Under the pieces are notes generated by a model, which saw only the letters and a program-made list of their open reading frames with translations, had not been told where the DNA came from and did no database searches. A stretch of DNA of 64,000 nt from Nitrospirota bacterium (lineage in GTDB: Bacteria > Nitrospirota > UBA9217): assembly GCA_963740085.1 (NCBI GenBank), contig CAVUCU010000001.1:448001-512000 (forward strand), written 5' to 3'. The translations under genes and the position numbers were made by a program. Every line of letters starts with the position of its first letter. The stretch's first letter is position 1. Of the stretch, positions 32,017 to 42,068 are shown in pieces.

Positions 32017-32712
32017 TCACCTCACTTTTTTCATCAGATCGATAAAGATAGCCATAAGTACTTTCGTCATGTAATAGATGGAGCGTATCGGCGTTATCGA
32101 CGACCTGCCGCCGGTGCGCTCGCGCATGGTAGTGGACACTTCCACCATCCGCATGTTCATCTTGTGCAGAAGCACCAGGGACTCCACCTCGGGATAGTCG
32201 TCGGGATAGTTACGTGCAAAGAATTCAATTACCCGCCGGTTCGCAGCCCGAAAGCCGGAGGTACTGTCCGTCACGGCCATGTCCAGGATACGGGAGAGGA
32301 TGAACGAGAATATTCCGATCCCCAATTTTCTGAAGACAGGCGTTCTGTATCCCCCGGTGGTCAGGAACCGCGAACCGACCACGAGGTCAGCCTGCTTCGT
32401 CACGATCGGCTCAATGAGTTTATTTACCTCTGCGGCAAGGTGCTGACCGTCGCCGTCGAACTGCACCGCGATATCGTATCCGTTCCGTTCCGCGTACAGA
32501 TAGCCTGCCTGCACTGCCCCGCCGATCCCCAGGTTGAACGGCAGGTCCACCACCTTCACGCCCATTTTTCGCGCGACAAGCACGGTCGCATCGCGGGACC
32601 CGTCGTTCACCACGAGCACCTCCGCGGCGGGGATGTGTTCCCTGAGGTCCCGGATCACTCCAGGGAGGCTTGCCTCTTCGTTGTATGCGGGTACGATGAT
32701 CAGTATTTTCAT
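32017..32712 (-). CDS. GT2, polyprenol-phosphate glycosyltransferase (DPM1-like)
   Basis: PAYNEE, NLGIGGAVQAG, QFDGDGQH, GSRF, DSTSGFRA. Confidence 0.9.
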   Translation of the reverse strand: MKILIIVPAYNEEASLPGVIRDLREHIPAAEVLVVNDGSRDATVLVARKMGVKVVDLPFNLGIGGAVQAGYLYAERNGYDIAVQFDGDGQHLAAEVNKLIEPIVTKQADLVVGSRFLTTGGYRTPVFRKLGIGIFSFILSRILDMAVTDSTSGFRAANRRVIEFFARNYPDDYPEVESLVLLHKMNMRMVEVSTTMRERTGGRSSITPIRSIYYMTKVLMAIFIDLMKKVR

Positions 32713-32735
32713 ACGTTATTCATAACTCCAGGTCG

Positions 32736-32915
32736 TCTCGCGCAAAGCCGCAAAAGCCCGCAAAGAAAATCATTGAACCGAATTCGCAACTACTCTGATT
32801 GGCCACAAAAGATCACAAAGAACTCAAAGAAACAATCTAGAGCCCTATGTCTTTCAAATTTTAATTCTCTCTGCGATCCTTGCGTTCTCTCGCGGCTAAT
32901 AGATCTTGATCTGCG
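32736..32915. mobile_element. Orphan CGCAAAG half-arm followed by a MITE-like element copy
   Basis: Half-arm 32736-32765; caactactctgattggccacaaaag...ctcgcggctaatagatcttgat is homologous to 13025-13187. Confidence 0.78.
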
Positions 32916-33962
32916 TCATTCTTTCAGCGCTGTCTCGTACGCCGAGATCCGAAATTCCCGGAACAACCGGTAGAGTTCGCGGCGGCCGATCCGTCTTAAT
33001 TTAGAAAAGGCCCGCCGCTGCCTGATGATTCCCGGCAGCGCCGAGAGCGCTGAATACCAGGCCTTGAGCAGGATCGCCATGGCCTGGAAGATCGAATTCT
33101 GCTCGCTGAATCTGCCGCTTGCCCCTTTGCCGGTGAGCGCGCCGTACAGATGGACGAGAAGTCGCGTGACCGTCACGAAGGGGCTGATCAGGATCATTTC
33201 GACCGGATAATATTTCAACAGCACCCATATCCTGTTTCGTTCCACCAGAAAGGCCTTGAACGGAGAATGGGCCGATGATGAGGACGAATATTTGTGATAC
33301 ACCTTTGCCGAGGGCACATAGATGCATTGCCACCCGGCCAGCCTGGCGCGGAGACCGAGATCGACATCATCAGCATAGGCAAAGAACGCTTCATCGAACA
33401 GGCCGATCTCGTCCAGCATCTCCCGACGGTAGAGGCCGGCGCATCCGCTCGGGAAGAACGCCTCTCCCCTCTCGTCATATTGCCCTTCGTCCTTCTCCAG
33501 CCTTCCCTTCCCCCGCCCCAATCCATCCGGATACAGGAGGAGCCCGACATTGTCAATGATGCCGGGATCGTCGTAGGAAAGTATCTTGGAGGCCCACATG
33601 CCCACGGGAGCCCGGTTTGCCTCCGCTTCCTTCATTAAGTTCATCAGCCATGCCGGATCGACCTTCGTGTCATTGTTCAGAAGCGCAAGGTACCTGCCCG
33701 AAGCGGCCCGGATACCGGCGTTGTTGCCCCCGGCAAAGCCGTAATTCTTCTGAAGCGCGATCAGCCTGACCTCGGGAAAGTTTTCCTGCACATACTCCCG
33801 CGAACCATCCTGCGAACCGTTATCAACAAGGACGATCTCAAGATCCCTGAAGGTCTGCGATCGAAGGGACTCCAGGCATTCACCCAGGTGCTGCCTCCCG
33901 TTCCAATTCACGATCACCACGGAGACCCGGGGTTCCTTCAAAGGGCTGTTCTCATCGTTCAT
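32916..33962 (-). CDS. Glycosyltransferase family 2
   Basis: VNWNG, DNGSQD, GFAGGNN, LLNND, FFAYADDVDLG. Confidence 0.92.
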   Translation of the reverse strand: MNDENSPLKEPRVSVVIVNWNGRQHLGECLESLRSQTFRDLEIVLVDNGSQDGSREYVQENFPEVRLIALQKNYGFAGGNNAGIRAASGRYLALLNNDTKVDPAWLMNLMKEAEANRAPVGMWASKILSYDDPGIIDNVGLLLYPDGLGRGKGRLEKDEGQYDERGEAFFPSGCAGLYRREMLDEIGLFDEAFFAYADDVDLGLRARLAGWQCIYVPSAKVYHKYSSSSSAHSPFKAFLVERNRIWVLLKYYPVEMILISPFVTVTRLLVHLYGALTGKGASGRFSEQNSIFQAMAILLKAWYSALSALPGIIRQRRAFSKLRRIGRRELYRLFREFRISAYETALKE

Positions 33963-34111
33963 CCTGATATCTGATCCTGCTCAACGTGCGTTTTTTTGAT
34001 CTGCCGTCTCTTATGTGGCTCACTTAATTGCAAGTATCACTATTCTTCATTAACAATCTGTTTTCTAAAGAGTGTCTGAGCTGGCACTTGTCCCATATGT
34101 GCATCATTTAT

Positions 34112-34240
34112 CGGCCGCAAAAGATCGCAAAGAACTCAAAGAAAAACCTGAACCCATGTATTTCAGTTTTAATTCTCTCTGCGATCCTTGCGTTCCTTCG
34201 CGGCTAACAGATTTTGACCTGATTTGACCTGAGTAAATAC
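34112..34240. mobile_element. MITE-like element copy (left end eroded)
   Basis: ggccgcaaaagatcgcaaagaactcaaag...tccttcgcggctaa...gacctgagtaaatac. Confidence 0.78.
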
Positions 34241-34299
34241 AAAATATCTTTTTCCTGTTTCAGGCAAAGATCGGGACTTCATGAGGCCTCAGCTCCGCA

Positions 34300-34755
34300 T
34301 CAGGGGGTTTTTTCTCCATTCATCTCCCGCCGATGCCGGACCACTGCCCAGTAAATGAAGAAATAAGAAAGAACCGCGGCAGCAGCCCCGACCACGACCG
34401 TCCCCGCGACGAATGGCCACAGGTAGGGCCTCAGAATATCATACGCGCTGGTGAAGGTGAGTGTCTGCCATGCGATGTCGGGCGCGGCGGTCGTGGCGCC
34501 GGTGATCTTGATGCCGAACCACAGACAGAATCCATAGAGGGGGACCATGGTCCAGGGGTTATTAATGAGCGCGGCGCTGAAAACGACGATCTTACTCAGC
34601 CGGAACATCCATGCGAACACAAAACAGCTGATCGTGTGCAAACCAATGGTAGGAGAAAATGCAATGAACACACCCATGGCAAAGGCAAGTGCGAGCCTGT
34701 GCGGCGAGTCATTCAGATGGAAAATGCCCCTGATGCGGTCCCTGATATTCTTCAT
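34300..34755 (-). CDS. DUF2062 family membrane protein
   Basis: DSPHRLALAFAMGVF...P, NNPWT.VP.Y. Confidence 0.85.
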   Translation of the reverse strand: MKNIRDRIRGIFHLNDSPHRLALAFAMGVFIAFSPTIGLHTISCFVFAWMFRLSKIVVFSAALINNPWTMVPLYGFCLWFGIKITGATTAAPDIAWQTLTFTSAYDILRPYLWPFVAGTVVVGAAAAVLSYFFIYWAVVRHRREMNGEKTP

Positions 34756-34782
34756 AGAGTCTGCCGCGCAAAGCCGGTCCGG

Positions 34783-35856
34783 TCAGCGTTTTGAGAGATC
34801 GTTTGTCCTCTTGAAATGATCATATCCCGTCGGTCGCAAAGCGGTCTTTTTACCGGCAGCGTTCGCCAGGAACATCGCATTCCCCGCAGTGATCGTCCCG
34901 ATCTCGGTAGCCGGAATATGCAGCTTCTCCAGTGTCTTTATCCGCGCCAACGGCACGGTAAACAGGAGCTCGTAATCCTCACCCCCGGACAGGGCATAGT
35001 GAAGGGGAGGTTTGCGAAGCTGGTCCGCTGATCCGAGGAGCGCCGGGGAAAGAGGTATCTTGTCGGAAAAGAGAAGGGCCCCTGTTCCGCTCTCCTCGCA
35101 GAGGTGGGACAGATCCGACGAAAGGCCGTCACTGACGTCGATCATCGAACTTGCGCACCCGGATAGCGCGATCCGCCTCCCCCACTCCACGCGGGGCACT
35201 GGACGGAGATGACGCTCTATAAGTTCGGAGTCGAAGTCTTCTGACTTCCTGACTGCTCCGACTCCTGACTCCTGTCTTCTGCCCCCTGACCCCTGACTCC
35301 CCTGACTCCTGACTCCTGCTTTCAAAAGTTCCAGCCCTGCTCCTGAATCCCCTGGCGTGCCGGTAACGAATATCCTGTCTCCCCGCCTGGCCCCCGTTCG
35401 AGAGATAATTGTCCTTTTTTTCGCCTCGCCGAGAGCGGTAACGCTTATCACAAGAGCGTCTTTTGAGGAGCAGGTATCTCCGCCCACAAGGATCGTTTTC
35501 TGGACCCGTAAGAGCGCATTGAACCCCTGGTAAAGGTCCATCACCGCCTTAACAGGAATGCGCGCCGGGAGTGCGAGCGAGGTGAGACAAAATCTGGGCA
35601 CGCCCCCCATCGCCGCAATGTCGCTCAAGTTTATTGCCGCGGATTTCCAGCCAAGCGAATAAAAATCCGTAGTGGAAAGGTCAAAATGAACACCCTCGAT
35701 CAGCATATCGGTTGTTGCCAGAAGGAGTGTCGCGGGACCGATCTTCAGAACAGCGGCATCGTCTCCAATGCCGATCATCGCGTCAGGTGATCGCCCGGAA
35801 GGCAGTTGCTGAATGGCATGTATCAGGCCGAATTCGCCAAGGTTTGATAGCTTCAT
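34783..35856 (-). CDS. thiL: Thiamine-monophosphate kinase (with repeat-derived loop insertion)
   Basis: GEFGLI, GIGDDAA, EGVHF, NLSDIAAMGG, DVSDGL, GGEDYEL. Confidence 0.96.
   Translation of the reverse strand: MKLSNLGEFGLIHAIQQLPSGRSPDAMIGIGDDAAVLKIGPATLLLATTDMLIEGVHFDLSTTDFYSLGWKSAAINLSDIAAMGGVPRFCLTSLALPARIPVKAVMDLYQGFNALLRVQKTILVGGDTCSSKDALVISVTALGEAKKRTIISRTGARRGDRIFVTGTPGDSGAGLELLKAGVRSQGSQGSGGRRQESGVGAVRKSEDFDSELIERHLRPVPRVEWGRRIALSGCASSMIDVSDGLSSDLSHLCEESGTGALLFSDKIPLSPALLGSADQLRKPPLHYALSGGEDYELLFTVPLARIKTLEKLHIPATEIGTITAGNAMFLANAAGKKTALRPTGYDHFKRTNDLSKR
35239..35319. repeat. Degenerate TCCTGAC repeat inside thiL
   Basis: ctcctgactcctgtcttctgccccctgacccctgactcccctgactcctgactcctg. 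Confidence 0.85.
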
Positions 35857-35902
35857 TATTAGTAGCTGCTCAGGTATTCAGGGGGAAAAAATCCAAGGTT
35901 TA

Positions 35903-36215
35903 CGGCTGAAGGCTGAGGTAATCAGGCTTTTAGGTTGAAGGCTGGATGAATCAGGTCTTTAGGTTGAAAGCTGAAGTTTTAATCCTCCCACCTTCAGCCT
36001 AACCACCTTCAGTCTAACCACCTTTAGTCTATTCACCGTCAGTCTAACCACCTTCAGTCTGTCTCCTGACGACCGTTCGCACGAACTGCCTGATGGACGA
36101 TAGACGCTTAATTCTCGACGCGATAGACCGCTTCGCTCCCTAAGACGATGGACGCTTTTTCGTCCGTCGTCTCTCGTCCGTCGTCCTTCGTCCTTCGTCC
36201 TTCGTCTCTCGTCTC
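35903..36215. repeat. Adjacent GGCTGAA/CTTCAG (15-mer) and GGACGAT/CGTCCTT palindromic repeats
   Basis: ccttcagtctaacca units as at 6935; CGTCC heptamers at 36161-36215 overlap the lon 3' end. Confidence 0.88.
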
Positions 36216-38596
36216 TTTTTCCCCGCGATCCTGCGGGGAAGCTTCTTGCGGAGCGCCGCCGCAAGCACATCGTCCACGATCGTGGCGAAGATAAAATGCA
36301 TGTCCTTGCGCAGGTACTTCGGAAGGTCCTCGAGGTCCTTTTCGTTCTCCTTCGGGAGGATCACGGTCTTGATCCCGGCCCTGCGGGCGGCGAGCGTCTT
36401 TTCCTTGAGCCCGCCGATCGGCATGACCCGGCCGCGGAGCGTTACCTCGCCGGTCATGGCGATGTCCTTCCGCACCGGGGTATTCGTAAAGACCGATGCC
36501 AGGGCCGTGGCTATGGTCACGCCGGCTGAAGGGCCGTCCTTGGGGATCGCGCCGGCCGGCACATGGATATGGACATCCGTCTTTGCAAACACGTCGGGCT
36601 GGATGCCGAGCTTCTCGGCACGGGAGCGAACATACGTAAGCGCCGCATGGGCCGACTCTTTCATCACATCGCCCAAATGCCCGGTGAGCGTGAGCTGTCC
36701 CTTGCCGCGCACGATCGTCGCTTCAATATATAAAATATCGCCGCCTGTCTCGGTCCACGCCAGACCGGTCACCACGCCGACCTCATCCTGCTCGCGCTCC
36801 ACCTCGGGCATGAACTTCGGCACGCCAAGATAGGTATGGAGGTTCTGCGGGGTGATCGTGACCAGTCCGTCCTCACCTTCCGCGACCTTTCGCGCGATCT
36901 TGCGGCAGAGATGCCCGATCTCACGCTCGAGGTTCCGCACGCCGGCCTCACGCGTGTACTGGGCGATGACTTCAAGGATCGTCTTGTCCGGGATGCCGAT
37001 CTGTTTTTCCGTGATCCCGTGCTCCGTCAGCTGTCTCGGGATCAGATAGCTTTTCGCGATGCCGAGCTTTTCCTGCTCCGTGTAGCCCGAAAGGCGGATG
37101 ATCTCCATGCGGTCCTTGAGCGGGCCGGGGATCGGATCGGTCATGTTTGCGGTCGTGATGAACATCACGCGCGACAGATCGAACGGCATGCCGATATAGT
37201 GGTCGCTGAAGGTGTTGTTCTGTTCGGGGTCGAGGACCTCGAGCAGGGCCGCCGACGGGTCGCCCCGGAAATCGGCGCCGATCTTGTCGATCTCGTCGAG
37301 CATGAATACCGGGTTGTTGTTTCCCGCGGTCTTGATGCCCTGGATGATCCTGCCGGGAAGCGCGCCGACGTAGGTCCTGCGGTGGCCGCGTATCTCGGCC
37401 TCGTCGCGCACCCCGCCGAGCGAAATGCGAACGAACTCGCGGCCCAGGGCGCGCGCGATCGATTTTCCGAGGGAGGTCTTGCCCACGCCCGGCGGGCCGA
37501 CGAAGCACAGGATCGGTCCCTTCATCTTCTCTTTCAGCTTGCGCACGGCGAGGTACTCTATGATGCGCTCTTTCACCTTCTCAAGATCATAGTGGTCTTC
37601 CTCGAGCACCTTGTGCGCCGCTTTGAGGTCGAGGTTGTCCTTGGTGGCCTTGCTCCAGGGAAGCTCGGACAGCCATTCGATGTAGGTGCGTGTCATGGAG
37701 GCCTCTGCCGCATCGGGATGCATGCGCTCGAGCCTCCGGAGCTGCTTTTCGGCCTCTTTCGCGGCCTTCTCCGGCATCTTGGCTTCCTTGATCTTTTCAC
37801 GGAGCTCGCGCATGTCCTCGGACCGGTCGTCGGTCTCGCCGAGCTCGCGCTGGATCGCCTTCAGCTGCTCCCGCAGAAAGTACTCGCGCTGCGTCTTGTC
37901 GATCTCGCCGCGAACATCGGCCTGGATCTTCTGCTGCATCGAGAGGAGCTCGATCTCCTTGCCGAGCGCCTCGTTGATGCGCTTGATCCGTTGAAGAGGA
38001 TCGGTGATCTCAAGGATCTCCTGGGCCTGCTCCACCTTGAGGCCCATGTTCGCAATGGCCAGATCGGCGAGTTTGCCGGGGTCATCCACGTTCTCGATGA
38101 CCACCATGATGTCAGGAAGGATCACCTTGCCGAAGGACACCAGGCGCTCGATCTGCTCCTTCACGTTCCGCATCAGGGCCTCGGTCTCGAGATTCACCGA
38201 AACCGGAACATCGGGGAACGTCTTGATCTCGACCTGGTAAAAAGGGTCCTTCGTGAGGAACTTCACCGTCTTCGCCCGCGCGACGCCCTGGACAAGGATC
38301 TTGATGCGGCCGTCCGGAAGCTTCAGCATCCGCATGATCACGCCGACCGTGCCGACGGAATAGAGGTCCGACGGCGAGGGGTTCTCCACATTGATGTCCT
38401 TCTGAGAGGTCAGGAAGATCATGCGGTTCCCCTCGAGCGCCACCTCGATGGCCTTGATGGACATCTCTCTTCCCACAAAAAGCGGAAGCACCATATACGG
38501 GAAGACCACGATGTCCCTGATCGGGAGCAACGGTAGTTTTTTGGGGATCTCGATCGACTGCTGGAGATCTAAGCTTTTCGTTTCAGTCTTTGCCAA
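36140..38596 (-). CDS. lon: ATP-dependent Lon protease
   Basis: LPLLPIRD N-domain, [28 protein letters not shown]. Confidence 0.98.
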   Translation of the reverse strand: MAKTETKSLDLQQSIEIPKKLPLLPIRDIVVFPYMVLPLFVGREMSIKAIEVALEGNRMIFLTSQKDINVENPSPSDLYSVGTVGVIMRMLKLPDGRIKILVQGVARAKTVKFLTKDPFYQVEIKTFPDVPVSVNLETEALMRNVKEQIERLVSFGKVILPDIMVVIENVDDPGKLADLAIANMGLKVEQAQEILEITDPLQRIKRINEALGKEIELLSMQQKIQADVRGEIDKTQREYFLREQLKAIQRELGETDDRSEDMRELREKIKEAKMPEKAAKEAEKQLRRLERMHPDAAEASMTRTYIEWLSELPWSKATKDNLDLKAAHKVLEEDHYDLEKVKERIIEYLAVRKLKEKMKGPILCFVGPPGVGKTSLGKSIARALGREFVRISLGGVRDEAEIRGHRRTYVGALPGRIIQGIKTAGNNNPVFMLDEIDKIGADFRGDPSAALLEVLDPEQNNTFSDHYIGMPFDLSRVMFITTANMTDPIPGPLKDRMEIIRLSGYTEQEKLGIAKSYLIPRQLTEHGITEKQIGIPDKTILEVIAQYTREAGVRNLEREIGHLCRKIARKVAEGEDGLVTITPQNLHTYLGVPKFMPEVEREQDEVGVVTGLAWTETGGDILYIEATIVRGKGQLTLTGHLGDVMKESAHAALTYVRSRAEKLGIQPDVFAKTDVHIHVPAGAIPKDGPSAGVTIATALASVFTNTPVRKDIAMTGEVTLRGRVMPIGGLKEKTLAARRAGIKTVILPKENEKDLEDLPKYLRKDMHFIFATIVDDVLAAALRKKLPRRIAGKKRRETKDEGRRTTDERRRTKKRPSS

Positions 38597-38629
38597 ACCG
38601 GCCTCCTGTTTTTAACTCTGATGCACGGC

Positions 38630-38747
38630 GGACGCTTTTTCGTCCGTCGTCCCTCGTCCTTAGTCTCTCGTCCTTCGTCTCTCGGCCCTCGTCCTTCGTT
38701 CCTTCGTCTCTTGTCCTTCGTCTTTCTCCGGTCCTACGTCCTTCGTC
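38630..38747. repeat. CGTCCTT heptamer array overlapping the galU 3' end
   Basis: Starts with 22 bp identical to 36150-36171 (ggacgctttttcgtccgtcgtc). Confidence 0.88.
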
Positions 38748-39628
38748 AACCCGGCTCCGAGCTTCAGCTTGTGGAGATAACTCCCGAACTCCTGGCCGAA
38801 CTCCGGGTTCTTCAGTCCAAACTGGACCGTGGCCTTCAAAAATCCCAGCTTATCGCCTGCATCGTGCCGAACTCCCTCGAACTCAAATGCGTAGATCGGC
38901 TGTTTTTTCATAAGCAGTTTGAGCCCATCCGTCAACTGGATCTCGCCGCCCTTGCCCGGCTTCGTCTGTTCGAGAGCGGTAAAAATTTCCGGGGTGAGAA
39001 TGTAACGGCCGATGATCGCGAGATCGGAGGGGGCCTCGTTCGGAGAGGGCTTCTCCACCAGATCCTTCACGAGGTATACTCCGTCCTCGATCCTCTTCGC
39101 ATCAATGATGCCGTAGTTCTGCGTCTGTGACTTCGGGACCTTCTGGATCGCCAGGATCGTGGAAGGGTATCGATGAAAGACATTCATCATCTGCCTGAGC
39201 GCGGGCGTCTTTGCATCAATGATATCATCGCCGAGCAGTACCGCGAACGGCTCGTCGCCGATCACGCGTTTTGCGGTGAGCACCGCGTGTCCGAGACCCA
39301 GTGCCTTTTTCTGGCGTATATAACAGAACGTCACCAGGTCGGCGATCAACTGCACCTGGGAGAGCAGCTTATGTTTGCCCTTTGCCTTCAGGTCCTCTTC
39401 GAGCTCGAACGCGACGTCAAAATGGTCCTCGATCGCCCGTTTGCCCCGGCCGGTAATGAGCACGATCTCGTCGATGCCGGACGCCACCGCCTCCTCCACC
39501 ACATACTGGATAAGCGGTTTGTCAACCAGCGGCATCATCTCTTTTGGAGAGGCCTTGGTCGCCGGTAAAAACCTGGTCCCCAGTCCGGCAGCGGGAAAAA
39601 CAGCTTTTGTAATTGCCTTTTGTGTCAT
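38660..39628 (-). CDS. galU: UTP--glucose-1-phosphate uridylyltransferase
   Basis: KAVFPAAGLGTRFLPATKA.PKEM, GLGHAV, VEKP, EIQLTD. Confidence 0.97.
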   Translation of the reverse strand: MTQKAITKAVFPAAGLGTRFLPATKASPKEMMPLVDKPLIQYVVEEAVASGIDEIVLITGRGKRAIEDHFDVAFELEEDLKAKGKHKLLSQVQLIADLVTFCYIRQKKALGLGHAVLTAKRVIGDEPFAVLLGDDIIDAKTPALRQMMNVFHRYPSTILAIQKVPKSQTQNYGIIDAKRIEDGVYLVKDLVEKPSPNEAPSDLAIIGRYILTPEIFTALEQTKPGKGGEIQLTDGLKLLMKKQPIYAFEFEGVRHDAGDKLGFLKATVQFGLKNPEFGQEFGSYLHKLKLGAGLTKDVGPEKDEGQETKERRTRAERRRTRD

Positions 39629-39643
39629 ACTATCCTCAACGTC

Positions 39644-39672
39644 ATTCTATGTAACTATCCTGCAAATGTCAA
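39644..39672 (-). promoter_or_regulatory. Sigma70 promoter for galU-lon
   Basis: TTGACA-N17-TAGAAT on the minus strand. Confidence 0.7.
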
Positions 39673-39695
39673 GAAAAGACACCGCTAACCGGGGG

Positions 39696-39768
39696 TTGAG
39701 AAATTGAGAGGCTGAGAAGAGGTGAACTTGAAACCTTAACTTCCCCTCTTCCTGACTTCGTATCTTCG
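39696..39768. repeat. 8-mer periodic palindrome (TTGAGAA.. / ..CTTCC)
   Basis: ttgagaaa ttgagagg ctgagaag ... aacttccc ctcttcct gacttcgt atcttc. Confidence 0.55.
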
Positions 39769-39770
39769 GG

Positions 39771-41180
39771 TCACTTCGGTAGCGGCACGCTTCCCAGGAG
39801 ATATTTCAGGTCCTCATCGTCAAATCGCAGCCCCAGTCCGACGAAACCCGCCGCCCGGTGGGAGTTCAGAATGTTGTCATAGCCGGCGTTCACAAAGACC
39901 GTCTTGCCGAGTCCGACACCGACCGTCGCCTTCACGTGGGTATTCAAATTTCCGGGCTCCTTGCTGTTGAAGTTCCAGGAATCGACGCTGAATTTTATCC
40001 GGTCATCGAACGCAAAATAATCAGCTCCCACGCCGCCCGTGGACTCTATCAGACCGAGACGGAGCGCGAGGTTGCTCCAGCGCTTTGCGAACTCGATGCT
40101 GAACTTGAACTTGTCCTCATAGGTCTCCGTCACAACCGTGCTGCCGGGCGTGGTGGTGGTCGTCGTCCGGTTGTAGTTCGAGAAGGGATCGGACGTTATT
40201 TCAAAGATATAATACTGGTCCCGTTTGGGTTTGAGCTCGAGCGAAACATAGGCCTTTGCCTCGGGGAACATATACTCGCTGCGGAACCCGACAATCGTCT
40301 TCATGCGCTCGATGCGTGAAGTGGCGTCGCTGATCCCTTTCGCCGCGCTGTCGATATTGTTGTACATGCCCTCGTCATTCACCAGTTTGCCGAGCGTGCC
40401 CTCTCCGCGGTCGATCTTTCTCATGGTATTATCAATGGAAGAAAGGGCCAGTTCGGCGTTCTTCGATGCTTCCTTGATGTTCTCCATCGTCACCTTGAGA
40501 TTGTCGCGGTTCTCGCCTACGACGCCGTTCAGACTGGCAACCAGCTGGTTCAGACTCATCACCATTTCACTGCCGTCGCTCTGCAGCGTAGTGGAAAAAT
40601 CCTTGATATTTGCCATGGTCTGGCGCAGGTCGTGCAGGATATCTTCCATGGAACGGGCGCCCCGCTCTGTCCCGAAGACCTGGCTGAGGGAAGCGGTCAC
40701 CTGTTTTATGTCATCGGAGATCGACGAGAGCTGATTAATGAGCTTGTCCACGTCGCTCGGCGATACGGTTGCCTGTACCGTCTCGCCGTCCTTGTAATTC
40801 ACCTCACCGCCGGCCGAAGGCTTACCCGGCCTGCCGTTCTTTGCAGGCAGGAACTCCACATACTTTTCGCCAAGGAGACCCATGGTCTTGATCATGGCCT
40901 CGGTCCCGCGGCGTATCTTCACGCCCGGGTCGATCCTCATCGTCACCTTGGCCCGGCTGTCCTCGAGTTCCACCTTCTCCACCAGACCGATCTTTACGCC
41001 GGCCATTCTTACCGCTGATTTCGTGTCAAGTCCCGCCACAGAGTCAAATGCCGCCTGCAAGATATAGCCCTCTTTTTCGCCGAACTGGTACTTGCCTACC
41101 GCAAAGGTCATATACAGAAGAAATACCGATCCTACAATAACCAGTAAACCCACCTTTGCCTCTGCGCTCAATTTAGCCAT
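39771..41180 (-). CDS. mlaD: MCE/MlaD protein with long helical stalk and C-terminal beta-rich domain
   Basis: EAKVGL TM, F.SVAGL...S.VRMAGVKIG.V, GLLGEKYVE, GEGTLGKLV. Confidence 0.88.
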   Translation of the reverse strand: MAKLSAEAKVGLLVIVGSVFLLYMTFAVGKYQFGEKEGYILQAAFDSVAGLDTKSAVRMAGVKIGLVEKVELEDSRAKVTMRIDPGVKIRRGTEAMIKTMGLLGEKYVEFLPAKNGRPGKPSAGGEVNYKDGETVQATVSPSDVDKLINQLSSISDDIKQVTASLSQVFGTERGARSMEDILHDLRQTMANIKDFSTTLQSDGSEMVMSLNQLVASLNGVVGENRDNLKVTMENIKEASKNAELALSSIDNTMRKIDRGEGTLGKLVNDEGMYNNIDSAAKGISDATSRIERMKTIVGFRSEYMFPEAKAYVSLELKPKRDQYYIFEITSDPFSNYNRTTTTTTPGSTVVTETYEDKFKFSIEFAKRWSNLALRLGLIESTGGVGADYFAFDDRIKFSVDSWNFNSKEPGNLNTHVKATVGVGLGKTVFVNAGYDNILNSHRAAGFVGLGLRFDDEDLKYLLGSVPLPK

Positions 41181-41194
41181 AAGAACTCCGTTTT

Positions 41195-41310
41195 AATGAA
41201 AATTGAAAAATGCATAACGCAAAATGCAAAATAAGAACCGGTATTGCTCAACCGTTCATGCTCCGTAGTGATTTCATTTTTCATTTTGCACTTTGCCTTT
41301 TGACTTGTCA
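41195..41310. repeat. AATGCAA / TTTGCAC heptamer palindrome
   Basis: aatgaaa attgaaa aatgcat aacgcaa aatgcaa ... ttttcat tttgcac tttgcct tttgact. Confidence 0.8.
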
Positions 41311-41311
41311 A

Positions 41312-42064
41312 CTATTCCGCCGTTATCGGTCCCACCGCGCTGCCGGTGATGAACTGGTGCACGATGGGGTTCTCTGTTTTCCTGATCTGGTCCGGTGTTC
41401 CGGTCTCCAGGATCTCGCCCTTGTACAGCATGGCGATCCGGTCCGAGATCTTGTAGGCGCTGTGCATGTCATGGGTGATGGCCACGGACGTCACGCCGAG
41501 CTTCTTCCGGAGGTCCACGATAAGGTCGTTGATGGCATCGGCTGCGATCGGGTCCAGGCCCGTCGTGGGCTCATCGTACAGGATGATGGCCGGGTCCATG
41601 GCGATCGCCCGGGCGAGCCCCACCCTCTTTTTCATACCGCCGGAAAGCTCTGACGGCATTTTGTCCTCAACATCCTTCAGTCCCACGAGGGCGAGCTTTT
41701 GCGTCGCGACCTCCCGGATCTCCTTGTCGGAGAGGTGCGTGTGCTGCTTGAGAGAGAACCCCACATTCTCCCAGACCGTCAGCGAATCAAAGAGCGCCGC
41801 CATCTGAAACAGCATCCCGAATTTCTTGCGCAGTTCGTTCAAGCCGAAGTCATCAAGATTGTTCATGACCTGGCCGTCCACGATGACCCTTCCCTTGTCC
41901 GGGAACAACAACCCGATGATGTGCTTGATCAGCACGCTCTTGCCGCTGCCGCTGCCGCCGATCACGGTCATGCTCTCGCCCTTTTCAACCGTAAGGTTGA
42001 CCCCGCGGAGCACGGCAAGACTGCCGAAGCTCTTGTGCACGTCGATGATCTCTATCATCGCCAT
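41312..42064 (-). CDS. mlaF: MlaF-type ABC ATPase
   Basis: GGSGSGKS, LSGGMKKR, YDEPTTGLDP, ITHD. Confidence 0.93.
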   Translation of the reverse strand: MAMIEIIDVHKSFGSLAVLRGVNLTVEKGESMTVIGGSGSGKSVLIKHIIGLLFPDKGRVIVDGQVMNNLDDFGLNELRKKFGMLFQMAALFDSLTVWENVGFSLKQHTHLSDKEIREVATQKLALVGLKDVEDKMPSELSGGMKKRVGLARAIAMDPAIILYDEPTTGLDPIAADAINDLIVDLRKKLGVTSVAITHDMHSAYKISDRIAMLYKGEILETGTPDQIRKTENPIVHQFITGSAVGPITAE

Positions 42065-42068
42065 GGCG

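Noticed and set aside
35959-36270. 103 aa ORF with RLKVV repeats
   Set aside because: It is the translation of the 15-mer and heptamer repeats and overlaps the lon end.
36836-38536. 566 aa plus-strand ORF and similar long antisense ORFs (47149-48306, 17327-18322, 14245-15195)
   Set aside because: Shadow frames of well-supported genes in GC-rich DNA, with no recognisable motifs.
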